Origin: Parvularculaceae bacterium
GTDB taxonomy: Bacteria > Pseudomonadota > Alphaproteobacteria > Caulobacterales > Parvularculaceae
DNA: 64,000 bases
Assembly: GCA_041753055.1 (NCBI GenBank)
Contig: JBGSVH010000021.1
Location: 42 to 64,041 of the forward strand
Direction: 5' to 3'
Shown piece after piece: positions 17,547-26,848 of the stretch; positions within the stretch are counted from its first letter, which is position 1, and each line of letters starts with the position of its first letter. The notes under the pieces were generated by a model. It saw only the letters and a list, made by a program, of their open reading frames with translations, was not told the DNA's origin and searched no databases. Made by a program: the position numbers and the translations under genes.

Positions 17547-20500
17547 CGTGGCGCCGCTGCGATTTCCTCAAGCACAGTCAGGATTTTGCGGCACCCTGCG
17601 AGCCGCGCTTTTTCGTCTGTCCAGTTCTGTTGGAAGACGAGTTTCTGATCCGGGCGCAGTCTGATTTCGAATGGCGATTCCGAAATATGGCGGACGAGAC
17701 CGGCGGGATTGGCAAAGCGGTCATTGCGGAAGCTGACGACAGCGCCCTTTGGTCCGGCGTCAATCTTGGCGACGCCGGCCTGCCTGCATTGCTCCTTGAT
17801 CTGAACGATCTGCAGTAATTGTTCGACCTCGCGCGGCAATCGGCCAAAGCGGTCGACAAGTTCCGCAGCAAATCCCTGAATGTCGTTTTCCTCGTGAAGG
17901 TCGCCAAGGCGACGGTAAAGCGCCATCCGCACATTAAGATCCGAGACATAATCATCAGGTATCAAAACCGCTATCCCGACATTGATCTGCGGCGACCACT
18001 GATCTTCACCTGGCGTATCGCCCTGCCGCAATTCGGCAACCGCCTCTTCCAGCATGTGCTGATAAAGCTCAACGCCAACTTCTTTCACCTGACCCGACTG
18101 TTCTTCGCCAAGGAGGTTCCCGGCCCCGCGAATGTCAAGGTCGTGCGAGGCGAGCGTAAACCCGGCGCCGAGCGTATCCAGCGACTGCATGACCTTGAGG
18201 CGACGCTCCGCCGCAGGCGTCAGCGATTTCCGCGGCGACGTCGTCAAATACGCGTAAGCGCGCTGCTTGGCGCGGCCAACCCTGCCGCGCAATTGATAAA
18301 GCTGTGAAAGCCCGAACCTGTCGGCATGATGAATGATCAGCGTATTGGCGGTTGGAATGTCGAGGCCCGATTCAACAATGGTCGTGGAAACCAGAACATC
18401 GAATTTTCCATCATAGAAAGCGTTCATGATGTCTTCGAGCTCGCCGCCCGCCATCTGGCCGTGTGCGACCTTGAAGCGAACTTCCGGAACCGACTGGGTC
18501 AAAAATTCTGCAATACCATCCAGATCCGCAATACGCGGCGCCACGTAAAAACTCTGTCCGCCGCGATAATGTTCGCGCAGGATCATCTCCCGCGTCACAA
18601 CCGGATCAAATGGCCCAACTGTCGTGCGCACCGCCAGCCGGTCGATCGGCGGCGTTGCAATCAGCGAGAGGTCCCGAATGCCGCTCATCGCCAGTTGCAA
18701 GGTGCGCGGTATCGGCGTCGCCGTCAGCGTCAGGACATGCGTGTCGGCCCGAAATTCCTTCAAGCGCTCTTTGTGTTTGACGCCGAAATGCTGTTCTTCA
18801 TCAACCACTACCATGCCGAGGTCGCGAAACTTGATCGCCTTCGACAGCAACGCGTGCGTTCCGATGACGATATCGACCGTACCATCAACGAGACCTGCTT
18901 TCACTTTCGTCGCGTCCGCTGCCGCAATCAGGCGCGACAGCCCGCCGACGCGCAGCGGAAAGCCCCTGAAGCGTTCATTAAAATTCTTCAAATGCTGGCG
19001 CGCCAGCAAGGTGGTCGGCGCGATGACGGCGACCTGCCGCCCGGTCATTGCGACAATGAACGCCGCACGCAGCGCCACTTCGGTCTTGCCGAAACCGACG
19101 TCGCCGCAAATAAGCCTGTCCATCGGCCGGCCTCTGGCGAGATCCTCCACGACATCGGCAATGGCGTTTTCCTGGTCTTCCGTTTCCGCATAAGGAAAGC
19201 GCGCACAAAATTCGTCATAGAGGCCCGCCGGCGGAGAAACGCTGTCTGTTGTCTTCATTTCGCGTTTGGCGGCGATCGCGATCAACTGCTCGGCGAGCAT
19301 CTTGACGCGCGCGCGTATCCGCGCCTTGCGGCTTTGCCATCCGGCGCCCCCGAGCTTGTCGAGCGACGCATTGGGATCGTCCGATCCGAATCGCGATAGC
19401 AAGTCGATATTCTCGACAGGCAGGAACAATTTGTCGCCGCCCGCATAATCGAGTTGCAGGCAGTCATGCGGTGCGCCTTGAACGCCGAGCGTTTTCAGGC
19501 CTGAATACCGCGCAACGCCATGATCGACATGCACAACGAGATCGCCGACCGAGAGGCTCGACGCTTCAGTCAGGAAATTATCCGCTCGTTTGCGCCGGCC
19601 GCGCCTGACCAGCCGGTCGCCGAGGATATCCTGTTCGGAAATAAAGGCGGCGCTGTCAGTAACAAATCCGGTCTCGAGGCCAAGCAATACGGTCGCCACC
19701 GCGGATTTCGACGCCAGTGCCGGTTTCCACGACTCAAAATGGCCGACATCGTCAAGCCCGTGCTCTTCCAGCACCGCCCGCATGCGATCGGCGGAACCGT
19801 CGGTCCAACAGGCGATGAAGGCGCGCTTCTTCCCCCGCGCCAATTCGTCAATATGATCGCGCACCGCGTCAAAAATGTTCACTTTCTCCGCAGCGCGCTC
19901 GGCTGCGAACGTGCGGCCGACCTTGGCGCCAAAAGAGAAGGCGCGCTGGCTCTCCGGCGCAGAAAATGGCGACAGGCGCCGCATTGGCGCGGCGCCGAGT
20001 TTTCCGGCCCATTCCTCGCCGGAAAGGTAAAGTGCGTCAGGCTTCAGCGGGCGGTAAGACGGCGCCGAAAATTCTGAATTCTTCGGCCGCGGCGTCGAAA
20101 GATCTTCCGCGCGAGCCGCATAATAGTCGGCGATTGAGGCAAGGCGGTCGGCGGCGGCCTCCTCGGCGAGATGCTCAAGAAAAACCAGCGAGTCGGTGAT
20201 GAAATCGAAGAGCGTATCCGTCTTTTCATAAAAGAGCGGCAGCCAGTGTTCCATCCCGGAATGCTTGCGGCCCTCGCTCACCGCCTCATAGACGGGATCA
20301 TCGCTGGCGCCGCCGAAGGTCGCGCGGAACCCGGCGCGAAAGCGCGCGATCGTTTCATCGGTCAGCAACACCTCCGTCGCCGCCGCGAGCTTGACGTCTT
20401 TCAACTGGCGGGTCGTCAGCTGCGTCGCCGGATCAAAAGCGCGGATCGATTCAAGGCTGTCGCCAAAAAAGTCGAGCCGCAACGGTTCATCAGCGCCGGG

Positions 20501-21046
20501 CGGAAATAGATCGACCAGGCCGCCGCGCACGGCAAACTCGCCCCCTTCCCGCACCGTAGACGCCCGCGCATAGCCGTTAGCGACAAGATAGGCGGTAAGT
20601 CTTTCCATCGAAACCGTCTCACCGGGCGATGCGGAGAACGCCGAGGTCGCGATCATGGTCCTCGGCGGCGTTCGCTGCGTTGCCGCATTGACAGTCGTGA
20701 CAAGAAAGAGCGGTCCGGACGCGCGATCCTTGGCGAGCATCGACAGCGCGGCCATGCGCGCCGCGGTGACGGCAGACGATGGCGAGACACGGTCATAGGG
20801 AAGGCAATCCCAAGCGGGGAATTCAAGTCGCGGTATTTCCGGCGCGAAGAAATTGAGCGCGGCTGTCATGTCGGCGGCGCGCGCAGCGTCGCGGGCAATG
20901 TAGACGACAAGGCCGCCACGCATTCTCGCCGCCTCGGCAAGCGCCATTGCATCCGCGCCGTCCGGCGCGTCAAAGACCGTCAAACTCGCGTCGCTCGTCC
21001 ACGCTTCGCGGGCGGCGATTTTTTGAACGCCTGAAACCAGGGCCAT
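17543..21046 (-). CDS. mfd: Transcription-repair coupling factor
   Basis: FPAWDCLPYDRVSP, VVHVDHGVARY, LICGDVGFGKTEVA, DEEQHFGV, TATPIPRT, QLRGRVGR, DLDIRGAGNLLG. Confidence 0.98.
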   Translation of the reverse strand: MALVSGVQKIAAREAWTSDASLTVFDAPDGADAMALAEAARMRGGLVVYIARDAARAADMTAALNFFAPEIPRLEFPAWDCLPYDRVSPSSAVTAARMAALSMLAKDRASGPLFLVTTVNAATQRTPPRTMIATSAFSASPGETVSMERLTAYLVANGYARASTVREGGEFAVRGGLVDLFPPGADEPLRLDFFGDSLESIRAFDPATQLTTRQLKDVKLAAATEVLLTDETIARFRAGFRATFGGASDDPVYEAVSEGRKHSGMEHWLPLFYEKTDTLFDFITDSLVFLEHLAEEAAADRLASIADYYAARAEDLSTPRPKNSEFSAPSYRPLKPDALYLSGEEWAGKLGAAPMRRLSPFSAPESQRAFSFGAKVGRTFAAERAAEKVNIFDAVRDHIDELARGKKRAFIACWTDGSADRMRAVLEEHGLDDVGHFESWKPALASKSAVATVLLGLETGFVTDSAAFISEQDILGDRLVRRGRRKRADNFLTEASSLSVGDLVVHVDHGVARYSGLKTLGVQGAPHDCLQLDYAGGDKLFLPVENIDLLSRFGSDDPNASLDKLGGAGWQSRKARIRARVKMLAEQLIAIAAKREMKTTDSVSPPAGLYDEFCARFPYAETEDQENAIADVVEDLARGRPMDRLICGDVGFGKTEVALRAAFIVAMTGRQVAVIAPTTLLARQHLKNFNERFRGFPLRVGGLSRLIAAADATKVKAGLVDGTVDIVIGTHALLSKAIKFRDLGMVVVDEEQHFGVKHKERLKEFRADTHVLTLTATPIPRTLQLAMSGIRDLSLIATPPIDRLAVRTTVGPFDPVVTREMILREHYRGGQSFYVAPRIADLDGIAEFLTQSVPEVRFKVAHGQMAGGELEDIMNAFYDGKFDVLVSTTIVESGLDIPTANTLIIHHADRFGLSQLYQLRGRVGRAKQRAYAYLTTSPRKSLTPAAERRLKVMQSLDTLGAGFTLASHDLDIRGAGNLLGEEQSGQVKEVGVELYQHMLEEAVAELRQGDTPGEDQWSPQINVGIAVLIPDDYVSDLNVRMALYRRLGDLHEENDIQGFAAELVDRFGRLPREVEQLLQIVQIKEQCRQAGVAKIDAGPKGAVVSFRNDRFANPAGLVRHISESPFEIRLRPDQKLVFQQNWTDEKARLAGCRKILTVLEEIAAAPR

Positions 21047-21153
21047 CAGTCAGCAATCCTTTGCGCAGACGCCAAAATGCGCGGCCGCCAGATTTGACGG
21101 CCGCGTTCAACAGTTGACGGTCCCGTAGCCCTTCGCCGGGGCAACTTCAAGCT

Positions 21154-21435
21154 TCAGGTGTTACGAATATGGGCGGCGGCGTCAAACGCCTTCATGCGCC
21201 GGAGAAGCGCAGCATCGATTGAGGGCGGCGGCGGCGCGTCGCCGGTGATCCAAGCGTAAAGGTCATGATCGTTGCAGTCCAGAATTTCGGCGAACGCGTC
21301 GAGTTCAGCAACGGTCATCGCTGTCAGCGCTTCCTCAGCAAAGCCGCCGATCAGGATGTCCGCCTCTTTGAAACCGCGATAGCGGGCGCGGTGCAGCAGC
21401 TGCTTCCGGCGTAGCGACAGGCCGTTGTCGGTCAT
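21154..21435 (-). CDS. sdhE: Succinate dehydrogenase assembly factor 2 (FAD assembly factor)
   Basis: RRKQLLHRARYRGFKEADILIGGF...DHDLYAWITG; usual position between mfd and recG. Confidence 0.9.
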   Translation of the reverse strand: MTDNGLSLRRKQLLHRARYRGFKEADILIGGFAEEALTAMTVAELDAFAEILDCNDHDLYAWITGDAPPPPSIDAALLRRMKAFDAAAHIRNT

Positions 21436-21504
21436 GATACTGTTCACCGCGATCAAGGGCCGGACGCTTAACAATCCGGCGGAACCGGTTGATACTCAAT
21501 CAGC

Positions 21505-23586
21505 ATGCGGCCTGCAATTCTTAATCCCCTGTTTGCTGACATCACGACGCTGAAAGGCGTCGGGCCGAGGCTCGCCGCGCTTGTCGAAAAAGCCGCCGGG
21601 TCGCGCGTCGTCGATGTGCTGTTCACGCGGCCGCACAGTGTCATCGACCGAAGCCGCAGGCCGAAAATCGCCGATGCGGAAGTCGGGTCGCTGGCGACGA
21701 TTGAAGTTGCCGTCGACAAACACGATCCGCCCCCGACAAAGCGGCTTCCCTATCGCGTGGTCTGTTCGGACGACAGCGGGTTTATCACGCTCATCTTTTT
21801 CCACGCGCGACCCGATTATATCATCAAGGCGTTGCCCGAAGGATCGCGCCGGATCATTTCCGGACGGATCGACGAGTATAATGGCGCGCGTCAAATGGCT
21901 CATCCGGATCATATCGTCGATCCGGAACGCGCCGGCGGCCTGCCGCTGTTTGAACCTATATATCCATTGACCGCCGGCCTGCCGCCATCGGTGATGAAAA
22001 AAGCGACGCAAGGCGCGATTGACCGCATGCCCGCCTTGCCCGAATGGCAGGATGAGGCGTGGATCAGGAAAAACGGTTTTCCCGCGTGGACAGACGCAAT
22101 CCGCGCCGTTCATGCGCCGCAGTCGGCGCTCGATCTTTCGCCGTCAACGCCATTCCTCATGCGTCTTGCTTATGACGAACTTCTCGCCAACCAGCTGGCG
22201 CTTGCCTTGATCCGGCGGGCCCGGAAGAAATCAGCCGGGCGCAGTTTTGGCGCGTCCGGGGCCTTGCGCGCCAAGGCTGTTTCCGCCCTGCCATTCAAGT
22301 TGACGGAGGGCCAGATTGGCGCGCTGAAAGAAATTGACGCCGACCTGGCGTCAGGCGACCGCATGGTGCGCCTTGTACAAGGGGATGTCGGCTCGGGAAA
22401 AACCGCGGTCGCATTTCTTGCCGCGACGACGGTGATCGAAGCCGGCGCCCAAACGGCGCTGCTGGCGCCGACGGAGATTTTGGCGCGCCAGCATATCGAA
22501 ACTCTGGCGAAAATTGCGGTAACGACCGGCGTCAGAATTGAGATTTTGACCGGCAGAGACAAAGCCGCGCAGCGACAGGAAAAACTTCGCCGTCTGAAGG
22601 CGGGCGAGATCGATCTGCTGATTGGCACCCATGCCCTCATCCAGGAAGATGTCGAATTTGCCGATCTCGGACTTGTCATCATTGATGAACAGCACCGGTT
22701 TGGCGTGCAGCAGCGCGCGGCGCTGACGGCGAAAGGCTGGCGGACCGATCTTCTGGTCATGACGGCGACGCCAATCCCCCGCACATTGGCGCTGACGGTC
22801 TATGGCGATATGGACGCCAGCGCGATCCGCGGGAAACCGCCCGGGCGAAAGCCGGTCGACACGCGCGCTATTCCGATTGAACGCCTGGATGATGTCGTCG
22901 AGGCCGTCTCGCGCGTCATTTCAAAGCGCGACCAGGTTTATTGGGTCTGCCCGCTCGTAGAGGAATCCGATTTGACGCCGATGACGGCGGCTGAGGAACG
23001 ATTCAAGCATCTGCACGCGCTTTTCGGCGACAAGGTCGGCCTTGTGCACGGGCGGATGTCGGCGGCGGAAAAGGACGCGGTAATGGAACGCTTTCACGGC
23101 GGAGAATTGTCCCTGTTGATTGCGACGACTGTGATTGAAGTCGGGGTCAACGCCCCCAACGCCGTTGCCATGGTGATTGAGCATGCTGAACGATTCGGTC
23201 TTGCCCAATTGCATCAATTGCGCGGACGCGTCGGACGGGGCGACAAGCCGGCCTCCTGCATCCTTCTCTACAAAGGACCGTTGGGCGAGACGGCGGCCGC
23301 GCGTCTCAAGATTCTCCGGGAAACAGAAGACGGATTCCGTATTGCTGAAGAGGATTTGCGCCTTCGCGGCGCGGGCGATTTCCTCGGATCGGCGCAATCG
23401 GGATTTCCGCGCCTTCTCTTCGCCGACTATGCTGTCCACAGCGACTTGTTGCTTGCAGCGCGCGATGACGCGGCGATGATTGTCGCACGCGACCCTGAGT
23501 TGAAAACGCCGCGCGGTGAAGCGCTGCGCGTCCTCCTCTATCTCTTCAGTCGCGATGACGCGGTCAGATTGCTGCGCGCCGGATAG
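21505..23586 (+). CDS. recG: ATP-dependent DNA helicase RecG
   Basis: QGDVGSGKT, APTEILARQH, DEQHRFGV, MTATPIPRTL, TTVIEVGV, QLHQLRGRVGRG, EEDLRLRGAG. Confidence 0.98.
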   Translation: MRPAILNPLFADITTLKGVGPRLAALVEKAAGSRVVDVLFTRPHSVIDRSRRPKIADAEVGSLATIEVAVDKHDPPPTKRLPYRVVCSDDSGFITLIFFHARPDYIIKALPEGSRRIISGRIDEYNGARQMAHPDHIVDPERAGGLPLFEPIYPLTAGLPPSVMKKATQGAIDRMPALPEWQDEAWIRKNGFPAWTDAIRAVHAPQSALDLSPSTPFLMRLAYDELLANQLALALIRRARKKSAGRSFGASGALRAKAVSALPFKLTEGQIGALKEIDADLASGDRMVRLVQGDVGSGKTAVAFLAATTVIEAGAQTALLAPTEILARQHIETLAKIAVTTGVRIEILTGRDKAAQRQEKLRRLKAGEIDLLIGTHALIQEDVEFADLGLVIIDEQHRFGVQQRAALTAKGWRTDLLVMTATPIPRTLALTVYGDMDASAIRGKPPGRKPVDTRAIPIERLDDVVEAVSRVISKRDQVYWVCPLVEESDLTPMTAAEERFKHLHALFGDKVGLVHGRMSAAEKDAVMERFHGGELSLLIATTVIEVGVNAPNAVAMVIEHAERFGLAQLHQLRGRVGRGDKPASCILLYKGPLGETAAARLKILRETEDGFRIAEEDLRLRGAGDFLGSAQSGFPRLLFADYAVHSDLLLAARDDAAMIVARDPELKTPRGEALRVLLYLFSRDDAVRLLRAG

Positions 23587-23689
23587 AGCGTCGGGCGAAA
23601 AAGTGGAGCAACCGGTTTTTCGCAAACCCGGCGCGACCAGCCAAAAACTGGGCCAACGGGCGATCCGGATTTATCGCCTGAAGGTCTAG
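23583..23689. repeat. 107-bp palindromic intergenic element, copy A (CIR/RIME/BRU-RS-like)
   Basis: Aligns with 32808-32914 (21/25 identical at the left end, 31/37 at the right end); two internal hairpins; TAG and CTAG termini. Confidence 0.85.
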
Positions 23690-24504
23690 GCGCTGCGCCC
23701 TAGACTTGAAATCCGCGACAGAATACTGCGTCGCTCCTGCGCCGCTTCCTCCGCAATTTTCTCAAGCCGCTTGACCGCGTCGTCCGGGGAAGAGAACTCC
23801 GGCACCACAAGCCCCATCGAGAAAACGAGCTTTGCTGCATCCTCAATCGACATCGTTAGCGGCGTAAAGTCCGAACGATGGAGATAAATTAAAAACCCGG
23901 ACGTCGGATTTGGAACGGTCGGAATGAAAACACCAATCATCGATTTTTCTTGCGCATTCAGCCGATGTCCGATTTCGCCCTGCACATCGCCGACAACGAA
24001 CGCAATCGCCCAGAGCCCCTTGCGGGGATATTCGATCAGCCCCACTTCCTTAAACGAGCGCGCTGACTTTTGCAGCGCCGTTTCAAAAACATTCTTGAAG
24101 AACCGGTAAAGGTTCCTGACGACCGGCATCGAATCGAGAAATTTCTCGCCAGTGCGAATAAGCGTTCGCCCGAAGAAATTCTTGGCGAAGGCGCCAAGCA
24201 GAATGAGCGCAGTGATGGCGACGAATACGCCGAAGCCGGGAATCGCCTGCGTGATCGTCTCGATCCGGCTGTCCCCCGCCGGCAAAATATTCCGCACGAA
24301 CAGGTCGAGCTTTCGCATCGGTCCGCTGACGAACCAGTAGATGATGAAAATCGTGATGGAGACCGGGGCCGCAACAACGACGCCCGCCAGGAAGCTGGTC
24401 CTGAGACTGGCAAACAGGCTCGTCTTGCGCGGACGAAGCAACGGCGTCTCAAGGGCCGGCTTCGCCGTGCCTTCTCCGCGCTGCTCTTTTTTCTCGTCGT
24501 CCAT
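23686..24504 (-). CDS. DUF502 family membrane protein
   Basis: FLAGVVVAAPVSIT, PVVRNLY, IEYPRKGLWAIAF, VFIPTVPNPTSGFL, MSIEDAAKLVFSMG. Confidence 0.9.
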   Translation of the reverse strand: MDDEKKEQRGEGTAKPALETPLLRPRKTSLFASLRTSFLAGVVVAAPVSITIFIIYWFVSGPMRKLDLFVRNILPAGDSRIETITQAIPGFGVFVAITALILLGAFAKNFFGRTLIRTGEKFLDSMPVVRNLYRFFKNVFETALQKSARSFKEVGLIEYPRKGLWAIAFVVGDVQGEIGHRLNAQEKSMIGVFIPTVPNPTSGFLIYLHRSDFTPLTMSIEDAAKLVFSMGLVVPEFSSPDDAVKRLEKIAEEAAQERRSILSRISSLGRSA

Positions 24505-24660
24505 CGCTTTGACTTTCTAACCACAATCGGCAGGATTGCAGGCGTGCGTTACCAAAATCCCTACAAATCGCGCAATCGGTCCTAAGCCGAATCACCAGTT
24601 TATCAAGGGCTTGTGAGCGACTATGCTCGCCCTTTTTTAAGGCAAGGCGACGGCGCAACG

Positions 24661-25845
24661 ATGACGAAAACAGGATGGCGGCGGATTGCCTACGGCGCGG
24701 GCGGCCTTGCGGCGGCTCTGGTCGTTGCCTTCGGGATCGTGTTTCAGGACGGCATCGTTCGCTTCTTCGCCACGCCGCGAACGCCCTTCCAGACCGTGAC
24801 GCCGCCGCCGCCGCCAGAATACGCCGCAAGAGGCGCATGGCTGGTTTGGCCGGAGGCGTCGGATACCGGCGCTGCAGATGTCTTTTATGTTCACTCGACG
24901 AGCTATTATCGACGCAAACTCTGGAATGGTCCCGTCAATGCGGAACCCGCTGACACGGTCCGCCGCACGGTTGCCGCGCCGAACGAGGCGGGACCCTTTG
25001 CAAAAATCGGTAATGTTTATGGCCCGCGGTATCGGGAAGCGACGCTGTTTTCGCTTTTCACCCACAAATATGATGGCCTTGCCGCAAGGAAGCTCGCCTA
25101 TTCCGATGTCGCAAGAGCCTTTGACTACTTCCTCGCCAATCGCGACCCGGCGCGGCCGATCATTCTTGCCGGATATGGGCAGGGCGGCCTTTATGTGCTG
25201 GGACTGCTGCGGGAATATTTTCAGGGTGATATCAATCCGTTACGCCGTAAACTTGTCGCCGCTTATGTGATCGGAACATCGACGCCGGGCGAATTTCTGG
25301 CGGGCCTCAACCCGGCAATACCGGTTTGCCAAACGCCGGCGGCCGTGCGCTGCGTTATCTCCTATGTCGACTTCGAACCACGATTTGACGAAGAAATGGA
25401 GCGCATCCGGGCCCGGTCGCTGGCTTGGGACGACAGCGGGGACCTTGTTTCAACGAAGAGCAGCGACCTCGTTTGCGTCAATCCACTTTCGTGGCTCCCC
25501 GACGGCGCGTATCAGCCGCCGGAGCGCAATATCGGGGCGGCGTCGGCGACCGGCATTGCGCGAGGCTCACCGCCGCCGGCGATCGCCAAAGCAGTTGGCG
25601 CCAAATGCGTCAATGGAATTCTGGTCGTCGACAATCCCAAGCGCCGCTTTCTTCGGCGCGGCGATTGGTTCGGAGCCAAATGGCAAGCCCAGCCGTTTAA
25701 TCTGTTTTATTACGATCTTGCTGACAACGCCGGTGTGCGGCTTGCGGCGTTACAGGAAATTCTGAAAGTCGAACCGGAACCGCTTGAACCGATCGGCGAA
25801 ACGATTGATCTCGTGAACAGCCCGGTTAACAAGGTCCCGAATTGA
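24661..25845 (+). CDS. DUF3089 family alpha/beta-hydrolase-fold protein with a degenerate nucleophile motif
   Basis: DVFYVHST, GPRYREA, AYSDVARAFDYFL, PIILAGYGQG, LVAAYVIG, CVNPLSW; N-terminal TM anchor. Confidence 0.8.
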   Translation: MTKTGWRRIAYGAGGLAAALVVAFGIVFQDGIVRFFATPRTPFQTVTPPPPPEYAARGAWLVWPEASDTGAADVFYVHSTSYYRRKLWNGPVNAEPADTVRRTVAAPNEAGPFAKIGNVYGPRYREATLFSLFTHKYDGLAARKLAYSDVARAFDYFLANRDPARPIILAGYGQGGLYVLGLLREYFQGDINPLRRKLVAAYVIGTSTPGEFLAGLNPAIPVCQTPAAVRCVISYVDFEPRFDEEMERIRARSLAWDDSGDLVSTKSSDLVCVNPLSWLPDGAYQPPERNIGAASATGIARGSPPPAIAKAVGAKCVNGILVVDNPKRRFLRRGDWFGAKWQAQPFNLFYYDLADNAGVRLAALQEILKVEPEPLEPIGETIDLVNSPVNKVPN

Positions 25846-25860
25846 GCCCGTGAGTGTGCA

Positions 25861-26736
25861 ATGTCCAAACGCGTAAAAAAAGTCGTCATTCCGGTCGCCG
25901 GACTCGGCACTAGGGTTCTTCCGGCGACAAAATCCATTCCGAAGGAATTGCTGCCGGTCGTTGACCGGCCGCTCATCGATTATGTCGTAGCAGAAGCGCG
26001 CGACGCCGGGATCGAGCACATCATCCTCGTCACCGGACGCGGCAAGTCGGCGATTGAAGACTACTTCGACCATGCCTTCGAACTTGAAACGACGCTTCGG
26101 GCGAAAAACAAGACCGAGTTACTTTCCGATATCGAGAAAACCATCCCGCGCGCCGGCGACCTTTCTTACACCCGTCAACAAGCGCCGCTCGGCCTTGGCC
26201 ATGCGGTCTGGTGCGCACGCGCTATCATCGGCGATGAACCGTTCGCGGTTTCGCTTCCTGACGAAATCGTGCCGCACCGCCCCGGTTTCCTGCGGCAGAT
26301 GGTTGACGCTTATGAAAAGGTTGGCGGCAATCTTGTTGCGGTTGAGGAAGTGCCAAACAGCGAGACCAGCAAATACGGAGTCATTGCGCCAAAGGCGCGC
26401 AAGGGCAATCTGATAGAAATGTCGGGCATGGTCGAAAAGCCAAAAGCCGCCGAGGCGCCGTCGAACTTCCGCATCATCGGACGCTACATCCTTCAGCCCG
26501 AGATCTTCAAATTGCTGGAGACGCAGGAAAAAGGCGCCGGCGGCGAAATCCAGCTGACCGACTCAATGAACAAGCTGAATACCAAACAGACTTTCCACGC
26601 CTGCATCTGCGAGGGCGTCATTCACGACTGCGGCTCCAAGCTCGGCTGGCTGCAAGCCAATATCGACCTTGGCCTCAAGAACAGCGACTTTGGCGAAACG
26701 CTGGGCGATTATGTACGCGAACGGATGAAGACCTGA
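25861..26736 (+). CDS. galU: UTP--glucose-1-phosphate uridylyltransferase
   Basis: VIPVAGLGTRVLPATKSIPKELLPVVDRP, RQQAPLGLGHAV, VEKP, GAGGEIQLTD. Confidence 0.96.
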   Translation: MSKRVKKVVIPVAGLGTRVLPATKSIPKELLPVVDRPLIDYVVAEARDAGIEHIILVTGRGKSAIEDYFDHAFELETTLRAKNKTELLSDIEKTIPRAGDLSYTRQQAPLGLGHAVWCARAIIGDEPFAVSLPDEIVPHRPGFLRQMVDAYEKVGGNLVAVEEVPNSETSKYGVIAPKARKGNLIEMSGMVEKPKAAEAPSNFRIIGRYILQPEIFKLLETQEKGAGGEIQLTDSMNKLNTKQTFHACICEGVIHDCGSKLGWLQANIDLGLKNSDFGETLGDYVRERMKT

Positions 26737-26760
26737 CGCTCCGGATCTGCGACCAAGTCG

Positions 26761-26790
26761 AAAAAGGCGAGGCCGAAACCTCGCCTGTTT
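26761..26790. terminator. Probable bidirectional terminator between convergent galU and M20 genes
   Basis: AGGCGAGG/CCTCGCCT stem, A-run before and GTTT after. Confidence 0.65.
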
Positions 26791-26848
26791 CACGGCGCTG
26801 AAACCGGACCGACGCCATTTGAGGACGGATACTGGTTACATTCCGCCG

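Noticed and set aside
18326-19399. 357-aa plus-strand ORF antisense to mfd (similarly 27275-28246, 58388-59464, 29116-29772, 32977-33630, 61569-62348 and others)
   Set aside because: Shadow ORFs lying opposite well-supported genes. GC-rich codon bias suppresses antisense stops, and the translations have no recognisable motifs or SD.
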